A stretch of 64,000 bases of DNA, from contig OX597830.1 of NCBI GenBank assembly GCA_951406725.2, positions 77,376,001-77,440,000 of the forward strand, in the 5' to 3' direction. Positions 55,370 to 64,000 of the stretch are shown piece by piece. Position numbers and translations under genes: made by a program. Within the stretch, counting starts at the first letter, position 1, and every line of letters begins with the position of its first letter. This DNA is from Octopus vulgaris. Its lineage: Eukaryota. A model generated the notes under the pieces. That model had not been told where the DNA came from. It saw only the letters and a list, made by a program, of their open reading frames with translations, and did no database searches.

Positions 55370-56735
55370 AAAAAATTGATATCACTGCTGTTCATAATGT
55401 CTCTCTCAGGCATGATCTTAGCTATACAAGCAAAGGGCATGTTTGTGAGAGCATGCACAATCTATGCACATAACGCAAAAATAGTATAATTATAAAGAAC
55501 ACTGCATATGCAACACACCTGCTGCCTGATTAAATGCTATATAAGTGGCTTGAAAAAAATATTCAATTTAATGCAATGTAAATCTGAAAGATTCTATGCT
55601 CTTTTCTGTCAGCACACGATGTTGAAAACAAAATACAATATACACAAAATACTTTGCATCGGTAGATGACCAAAGCTCTAACATGAGAAGTGATGCATCT
55701 TTTCGTGTTCGTATTACGAAGACAGCAATTAAATTTTAACGGTTAGCCATATATATTCGAAGCACTTTCAAAACCGTACGGTTTTCTGGAAAACATTTGT
55801 CCAAAACTGCCTAGATTACTGCTTCGATTTAATGACAGAACTTGAAGCAATCAAACGCAGCTACACAAAAGAGTTGGCCCCCCCAACGCAACAGATCAGC
55901 TCTTGGGTAACGCTGGAAAAGTCTAGACTCTCTCCTTTACACCAATGGTTCTCATCTGGGGTCCATCTGGCCCTTCGGGTTCCACGTAAAATGCTTTTGA
56001 AAAAAATTCATGTACAATAAATTGGTTATAAATTGTGAGTGGATTTGGTAGACGAAAATTGAAATATGCGTGAATGTGTGAGTGTATGTGTGTGGATTTG
56101 TGCGTTTGTGTGTATGTGTCTTTGTTTCTGGTTTGTTATCTCATCAACGCTTGACAATCGGTGTTGCTGTGTTTACGGCCCCGTAAATCAGCCGTTCTAC
56201 ATAAGATATCGATAGAATAAGTACTTGGATTCAAAAATAACTCCTGGGGTTGAATTGCTCGACTAAAACTCTTCAAGGCGGTGCACCCAGCATGACCTCA
56301 GTCAAATAAAGGAAACAAGTAAAAGAATAAAAGGATAAAAGAAGCGAATGGCTAGGAGGGACCATCCGAGTAAAACAGGAATCAAAGGTAAGAAATGGTT
56401 GAGAACTCCTGAGTTAGAACAAAAACAAGAAAGATATGTTGTATTACATGCATGTAAGGTCATAGAAAGACTTACACCGAAATTTAGCATTGAATACTAT
56501 GCTAATCTTCGAAGAGGGCGCCACTGCATTGTGCCAATGATGTCATTGTTGCGATTGAGATTTCGAACTAGATACTAAAATAACTTAGGGTTCGAATGCT
56601 TGCAGCTTTTGAGTAATCTGCTGAAGCACTTAAGAGAACTTGTAGTGAAGGTATAGGGATATAGATGTCTTCAAAAAGCAAACTGGACATTCTACTATCT
56701 AGAATTCTTGATGAGCTGACTTCGCGACAAGGAAC
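55370..56735 (+). pseudogene. Degraded CR1-like LINE RT/3' end, interrupted by a hAT-like MITE end and a SINE fragment (~55945-56340)
   Basis: Fragments LLFIMSLS, TIYAHNAK (YADD region), [40 protein letters not shown] collinear with the ORF at 62959. Confidence 0.65.
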
Positions 56736-56881
56736 ACATCTGAGCACAATGCATATACATACATGCATAAATATATATATATATATATATATGTATGTAT
56801 ATATATATATATACATACATAGATGGATATATATATATAAGTATATGTGTGTGTATGTATGAATGTAGATATGTATATATG

Positions 56882-56923
<42 letters not shown>

Positions 56924-57120
56924 GATAGATAGATAGATAGATACAGAAATAGGTAGAGAGGGAGAGAGAGGGGGAGAGAGAGCTGGAGAAGAATGCATGA
57001 TTAGATAAATTTGCACTCATATGCACACATATGTACATACATAACGACAGGGAAAATGAGGGAGGGAGTGAGAGAGAGAGCACGAGAGAGTGTGTTTGTA
57101 TTTGTGCGTCTGTGTGTGTG

Positions 57121-57156
<36 letters not shown>

Positions 57157-58267
57157 AAAGAGTGCGCGATGGACTGAAAGACAGGGAAAGCCTCAAACAC
57201 AAACACACAAACGCACACACCACAAAGAAACAACACACTCATGCAAATGCGCTATTCCTTCAAAACACCAGCACCACCACCACCACCACCAGCACCACCA
57301 CCAGCACCACCACCAGCAGCACTATCATCATTATCATAATCATCCTCATCAATAGCAGCAGCAGCAGCAGCAGCGGTACCAGCAGCGACAGCAGCAGCAG
57401 CAGCAGCAGTAACAGCAGCAGCAGCATTAAAGCCTCAATAGATTTTGCGAGTTAAAGATAATTACTATAAGCTGTGACATCTTTCAGGACTCGTTGCTTG
57501 CAGCGCTAGCTTGATATCAGCAATTACAAACTTTTCCGTGGTTCTTTCAAAGGACACATTAATCATTCGTACACATTCGTGTCTTCTGAATTTAGACAGC
57601 TCTGCCAAATGTGTTCGCTGTAGTCGTTGTGCTTGTGCCTCTCCTATTTTGCTGAACTATTTCCAAGTTAGCATGTTTTTCGCCCTTGCTCTTGTTCTTG
57701 TTCGTGTTGTTGTTGTTGTTCTTCTTCTTCTTGTAGGCATGTTTACTACACACGCACTCACATGCACACACACACATATGCATGCATGCATGCATACGCA
57801 TTAGAGAGACTGGTGAGTGCATGCAGGTATTGTTTGTATGAAGAACGAGAATGCATGCGCACCGTCTACAGCCAGGCCCAAAGACGCTATCCAAAGATGT
57901 GATACACAAGCGCTTGCAGAAGCAGATGTATACGCATGCGTGTGTATTTATATTCGTCAGATTGTGCAAACGAAATAGTGAATTGAGGGTACTCTGCACA
58001 TGTATATGTGTATGTGCATTTGTGTGTGTATGTGTGTGCGCGGGTGTTTGTATATATGAAAACATACAAACATACAGCTGCCTGCAAACATGCATACATG
58101 CATACATACATACATACATACATACATACATACATACATACACACATATAATACATACGTGCATACATCCATTCATGCATATACATACATAAATACACAT
58201 ATACATATATACATGTATATATATACATATATACATCCATACATACATACATACATTCATACATTTG

Positions 58268-58318
<51 letters not shown>

Positions 58319-58496
58319 TTTACAACCTGAAGGCAGATATATATATATGGAACTATGTATTTGACAAGTTGTTTTATACTTACATATACATACGTATAAA
58401 TACGTATATATACATATGCACATACACATGCAAGTGTGTATGATTTTGGTTAGTGTGTATATCCAAGTACGTGTGTTTGTGGTTGTGGTCATGTGC

Positions 58497-58535
<39 letters not shown>

Positions 58536-58582
58536 TGTGTGTATATACATACATATACATACATACATGTATATATATATAT

Positions 58583-58669
<87 letters not shown>

Positions 58670-58679
<10 letters not shown>

Positions 58680-60742
58680 GAGATGTGTGCGTATTTCACG
58701 TGAAATGGCTTCACCAATTGCTTCTATACTCCTGATGCATAAATAATTCCACCTCGGACAATTTATAGGCTGTTCATTTGATTTTTCTATTAAAAATTAT
58801 CAAAAATATTGCATTTTATATTATGTTCACGTATTTGAAAGTTTTAAAAATATTTACTCCCGGTGTACTAGCGTCAGTGACGTAACATATCTCTTTATGT
58901 ATATCTCTCTATCCATCTCTTTCTATCAATCTCTATCTCTGTAATATATATCTCTATCTATATCTCAAATTACCACAAATTACTGACAAAAAGAAGTTCA
59001 CAATTACTGATGTAAGTAATTTCATAATTGACTGACATAAGTATCTTCATAAATTTCATTTCATTCCGTACGGTTTTGTGCTTCTCTGTTGTTAACGGTT
59101 TCTTTCTGGTTCCTTCCATACTGGCTCTTCGGTTCACTGACTGACAAATTTCGCTTCGACCCGTAGAATACTTTATTTTCCGTTAAAATTGCTTATTTAT
59201 TTTTCTACCCGTCGTATTAAGAAACATAATTTCCGTTACCAAGGTTTTTCATTGTTTACTATCTTCTGCACTCGTGTATATCTGTATACTTATATAACGA
59301 TACCTACGAGGAAAGTGTCAAATTTGTCGGCATAACTACAGATTTCTACCCCACTCCCCACTTCTCCGAATATACAAAATTTTGTGGGTAAGTGTTTTAA
59401 GAGAGGGTGGGAAATTTCAGTTCGTCTTCATTTTCAAGAAAATGTATATTCTTTAATGAAATTCTCGACAAATATACCTCGGACTAAGAACTTTGGGGAA
59501 AACAATAGGGGCTACTTTTGATACCTGCTCCCTACTCGGGGATGTTTCCTAACAAGTCGTCCATATTTGTTTCATTTTCTACATTTTGTGCGTTTGTGCA
59601 TCCGTGGATTTCTACTGAATCAATAAACAGGCAATGAAGGCAAATGAAACCCTCACCAGAAAACTCGTTATGCTAAAAATAACATCTAATGATCTGGTAC
59701 ACAGAAATATGCTACTAAGACGACTTATCTGAGATCTAATCTTTCCCATTGAAAAAACTAGATCTATCTGTTGCAAATAATTTTTTTTTTTTCAATTTCA
59801 GTAAATTCCCGGGTAATCATTTCTGATACAAACGTAGAAGACACCAGAAGTAAAAACGAAGAATATACACGCACAGTTAAGCATAAAAGTGTAAAGTATA
59901 ATTTGTTACATAATCTCTACAATAAACATGACACTGAATGAAATAAGTCCCCGTTTGAACTTTTTTAATTACATGCGTGCGTGTTTGTGCATTTATGCAA
60001 ACTTTCAGGGTCAAAGGTCAGATTTATCATCAGATTGGCTCTCTACTACCTCTGTCAAATGAATCGCCAAAATTCTCAAGAAGGGCAAGAGAAGTGCCAG
60101 AACATTTCCGGTGTAGTGTCTCTGCAAAAGATGCTGCAACCTGATCAGAAGCTTCAAGACTGTATTTGAAAAAATTCCACCTGACTCCCTGGATTACAAG
60201 GTAGTTATTAGATCAGACAAGAAACAATCTGGTCAACATGAAGGGCGGTTTGATACCCCAACAGCAAATGAAATAGCTGTGCTTCTGGTTGGGCAAGAAA
60301 CATGACAAGCGTGACATTATCCTCCATCTCAGAGAAGCACACTGACAGACACAGTCCAACCACAAATGGAAGCTCCCCAAAATACCATACTCACAGCATT
60401 CTTCAAGCTCTGTCAAGATGAAGAATTTGCTATAAGACTTCTATGCAATGAAGTTCTACAATTCTATACCTGGTACCAAAACAAATGGAAAAGACGTGCA
60501 CTTGGAGCACCCACACATCATCCACGAATCAAAAAATCAGAGACACTTGGCAGAGTCTATGTTGTTCATACCAACTATTATGAGTGCTACTATCAACGGC
60601 TTCTCGGGAGCATGTCAAGGGACCCACATCATTTACAGCCTTACGTAGGGTTGATAACACAGTATGTCAAACATTGCCAGGCTTGCAATCTCAGAGGTCT
60701 TCTCGAAGATGATGCACACTGGAATGCCACTCTGACAGAGGC

Positions 60743-60745
<3 letters not shown>
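58670..60745 (+). mobile_element. Internally deleted Helitron with RepHel fragments
   Basis: IYHQIGSLLP, YKVVIRSDK..HEGRFDTPTANEIAV..RDII, TILTAFFKLCQDEEFA..YTW..LGRVYVVH..ECYYQRLL..GLLEDDAHW; 3' part lost at (TG)n. Confidence 0.85.
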
Positions 60746-60819
<74 letters not shown>

Positions 60820-60849
60820 TGTGTGTGTATGTGTGTGTGTATGTGTATG

Positions 60850-60901
<52 letters not shown>

Positions 60902-60902
<1 letters not shown>

Positions 60903-61192
60903 GCGCAATGGCCCGTGGTTAGGGCGGCGGACTCGCGGTCGTAGGATCGCGGTTTCGATTCCCAGACCGGGCGTTGTGAGTGTTTATTGAGCGAAAACAC
61001 CTAAAAGCGCCACGAGGCTCCCGACAGGGGGTGGTGATCCCTGCTGTACTCTTTCACTCACTCTTTCGTTTGTTGGCCTGCTTGCTTAGCCAGTGGTGTG
61101 GCGTCATTCGAAGGCTAAAACAATGCGAACGCATTGTGACCAGCGATGTGTAGCAACATCTGATGGTCTGGTCGGTCATGTGATCACGTGAT
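60902..61192 (+). mobile_element. SINE type B
   Basis: Matches 25355. Confidence 0.9.
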
Positions 61193-62133
61193 ATATATAT
61201 ATATACACACGCACACAAACACACCCGTGTGTCTATAGATGTATAGCATATATGAAAATATATATACTTACATCATATATATTTACATGCATGCGGATAG
61301 ATAGATAGATAGATAGATAGATAAAATAAATGAACGGGTCGAGAAGTGTAATGTGAAAGTAGAGAGAGACGGTGAAATATGAGGCGGCGTTTCAGCTGAG
61401 TGATGGCGGCTTGATTGGACACGAAAATGAGATAATTCTGAGCGCTTAGCGATGCAAACACTGCGTATACCACACCACATTTCTGTCCGTATCGATACAC
61501 CACCACTGACCATATTGGATGACGAACTACAAACTACACGCTACTAGTAACACCACAACCACTACTACCTTCGATAATGTAGTTATCAACTGACGTGAAG
61601 AGCCTGCATGTGGTTGCTCATTGGGGGAAAAATAGCAGTCAAATTTCACTTAAATCAGGCAAAGACAACATCGATCAATAGAGCTTGGATGCATACGAAA
61701 TGAAAGTGAGACGAAATGGTCACGGTTGGAATGCTTCTCCTCATAAGTCATCTCTGTCTGAGCTGGCCTGTGGTTATAGAATAACAATAGCGCAAGTATT
61801 ATTAACAGTACAAGGACGAGGGCGCAGTTAGGTAATCTACAAGATTAGGCCTACAAGAAATAGCAGCCAAACATCTCTCGAGCAACATCCTAATAGGTCA
61901 AAAGACGATCCGTGACGGCACCATTGCTTTTCATATACGTTTTCTTAATCAGAGCTGTGTGTGACTCAACAGAAACGCCACCAACTGCATCGTTGTTATG
62001 TGAATGTGCGCATGTATTTCTTCATCTCATACCCCCATCTTCTAGCCTTCAATAAGTCCTGGGTCGGATTTGTTCGACTAAAGACAGTGCTCCAGCATGG
62101 ACCAGTCAGATTACTGAAACAAATAAAAGAATA

Positions 62134-62514
62134 TCTTTATATATAAAAGTGTCTGTCTCCTACGACTTAGATTCCTAACTACTCCCACATTTTGCGGTGC
62201 AATGTAACCAAAAGCGGGTATCTTATAGTCGGGATTCATATCGAACCCTGGGTATTAGCGCGCGTCTACGATGAGTCTACGATTTAAAAAAAAATTTACC
62301 ATCATTTTTCCCATTTTTAATGCATTTTTTTGATATTATATAAGGGAAGTAACTCTCTAAAAATGTATAATTAAATCTCAGAACGTAAAAAGCTACAGTA
62401 ACACTCCCCTTTGTGGTTAGCCATATTGAGATGGCTATTATACTTTACATCTCTAAAAATCATTATATAGTTATTTCCCTTACAAACCCGAGCAACGCCG
62501 GGCAATACTGCTAG
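62134..62514 (+). mobile_element. Non-autonomous Helitron
   Basis: A^TC start, CCCGAGCAACGCCGGG hairpin, CTAG^T end; same family as 13908. Confidence 0.9.
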
Positions 62515-62670
62515 TATGATTTTGATTTTTCCAGTTTCAGCTAATGAGCTGTGGCCATGCTGGGGCATAAAGTTAATCCAAACAAGAAAGCACAAAAAAA
62601 ACACAACAACGCGAGGACGTGGAACAAATATAGTATTATTGGACGCTCAGGAAAGAAGGAAAGAAGGAAG

Positions 62671-62705
62671 GTTTAACGTTTCGAGCGGAGCCCTTCGTCG
62701 GAAAC
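62671..62705 (-). ncRNA. Minimal hammerhead, U4C variant
   Basis: Minus strand: gttt-CCGACGA-a gggc tcc gctc-GAAAC GTT-aaac; palindromic AACGTT in place of stem III. Confidence 0.7.
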
Positions 62706-62804
62706 ATAGAAGAAGGAAAGTTCCAGAGAAGGGAAAACAGAGGAAAAGAATCGCTAACGGTACACATGAGGTCACATAGATAGATAGATATAGATATATA
62801 TATG

Positions 62805-62859
<55 letters not shown>

Positions 62860-62870
62860 GTATGTATATA

Positions 62871-64000
62871 TAACTTAGAATAACTTAGAAAGGTTTTTGG
62901 CCAGTATTGGCCCAGGCCATGTCTAACTTAATAGCACCACCTGGCGAAGTCTTTCAGTTCAGGATTTGGGCACCAAGGCCCATTCGAGCAGAGAGTTATT
63001 GTTTGCGGAGACATATCCGGGTGTGGGTGGTTTGTCCGGTACTGTTTGAAGGAATTTGTCCAAAGACTTCTTGAATTTTGTGTGGTCAGTTTCTTTTTTG
63101 ACGTGTCCTGGTGTAATGTTGAAGAGAGCGGGTCCAATTGAGGTGAAATAGTTGTGCCGTATTGTCGTTATGTGATGCGATTTAGATTTTTGTTGTGGAC
63201 GGATGGCACGTGGTCCAAGCCTTGGATGCATTTTGAAGGTGATGCCAACATCATTCGGACAGTGCTGATGGAATATTTTCCACATCATACAGATAATGTA
63301 GCGTTCACGGCGTCGTTGGAGTGAATACAATTTCAGCTTCTCTAGTCTACCCCAGTAGTCAAGGTCTGACATGCCATCTATCTTTTTTGTGATTGACCTT
63401 TGGGGAGCTTCAATTCTCATAATATTTTGTTTTGTGTAGGGAGACCACAGTGGACAGCAGTATTCAAGGTGGGGTCGGGCAAAAGTGGAGAAGAGAAGGA
63501 TAATAGCGTGGGAATCTCTCGACTGGAAGGTTCTGAGAATCCAGGAACACATTCTGCGGGCCATGTCAACTTTGCTGCTTATATGTGTAGCCCAGCTTAT
63601 GTTGTTGTCCACTGTTACTCCCAGGTCTCTGATGTTGTTGGATGCCATGAGAATTTCTCCAGAAGGAAGAGAGTATGGGAGTTTCAGAGCGTCCTCCCTT
63701 CCAAAGTGGATCAGTTCGAATTTGTCTTCATTTAGCAACATGTTATTCTTTTCCGCCCATTGGACAACAGCCAGTAGGTCTGACTGAAGGTTTATTCGGT
63801 CATCCACGCCATTGATGACCTTCTGGAGCTTGGAATCATCAGCGAAGGTTCTGATGTTGCTGTGTTTGATGGTGTCAGTAATATCATTTATGTAGATGAT
63901 GAAGAGAAGTGGGCCCAACACAGTGCCTTGTGGGACACCACTGCTGACTTTGGCTGGGCTGGATTTGACTCCTTCGACTACAACATGTTGGGTTCTGTTA
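62871..64000 (-). mobile_element. CR1-like LINE 3' part (continues beyond window)
   Basis: Uninterrupted ORF, short 3' UTR, terminal (TTCTAAGTTA)2, next to (TA)n. Confidence 0.9.
62959..63999 (-). CDS. LINE ORF2 reverse transcriptase C-terminal half (partial)
   Basis: SGVPQGTVLGPLLFIIYIND, FADD, LQSDL, RDLGV, RPHLEY, SLQRRRERY; open from the window edge. Confidence 0.93.
   Translation of the reverse strand, partial: NRTQHVVVEGVKSSPAKVSSGVPQGTVLGPLLFIIYINDITDTIKHSNIRTFADDSKLQKVINGVDDRINLQSDLLAVVQWAEKNNMLLNEDKFELIHFGREDALKLPYSLPSGEILMASNNIRDLGVTVDNNISWATHISSKVDMARRMCSWILRTFQSRDSHAIILLFSTFARPHLEYCCPLWSPYTKQNIMRIEAPQRSITKKIDGMSDLDYWGRLEKLKLYSLQRRRERYIICMMWKIFHQHCPNDVGITFKMHPRLGPRAIRPQQKSKSHHITTIRHNYFTSIGPALFNITPGHVKKETDHTKFKKSLDKFLQTVPDKPPTPGYVSANNNSLLEWALVPKS

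Overview
Eukaryotic, AT-rich, microsatellite-saturated intronic or intergenic DNA. The SINE families and repeat density suggest an octopus/cephalopod genome (inference). I found no host protein-coding exon; most of the ORF track is microsatellite noise. The non-satellite DNA is mostly mobile elements: a very young Penelope-like element (PLE; RT + GIY-YIG) with 646-bp inverted pseudo-LTRs, an older PLE RT relic, a mariner, autonomous-derived and non-autonomous Helitrons, CR1-like, Tx1-like and R4/Dong-like LINE ends, and four tRNA-derived SINE types. The hidden signal is a dense set of hammerhead ribozymes (HHRs): about eight near-complete type I motifs plus relics, mostly in short inserts within (TA)n. 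They include U3-A8 and U4C core variants and a recurring motif with the two core halves in reversed order. The most striking item is a ~600-860 nt segment (12.5-13.4 kb) that folds as a G-U-rich rod with a hammerhead at its apex and a possible antisense hammerhead relic, i.e. a retrozyme/viroid-like RNA copy. All structures were paired by eye, not computed.
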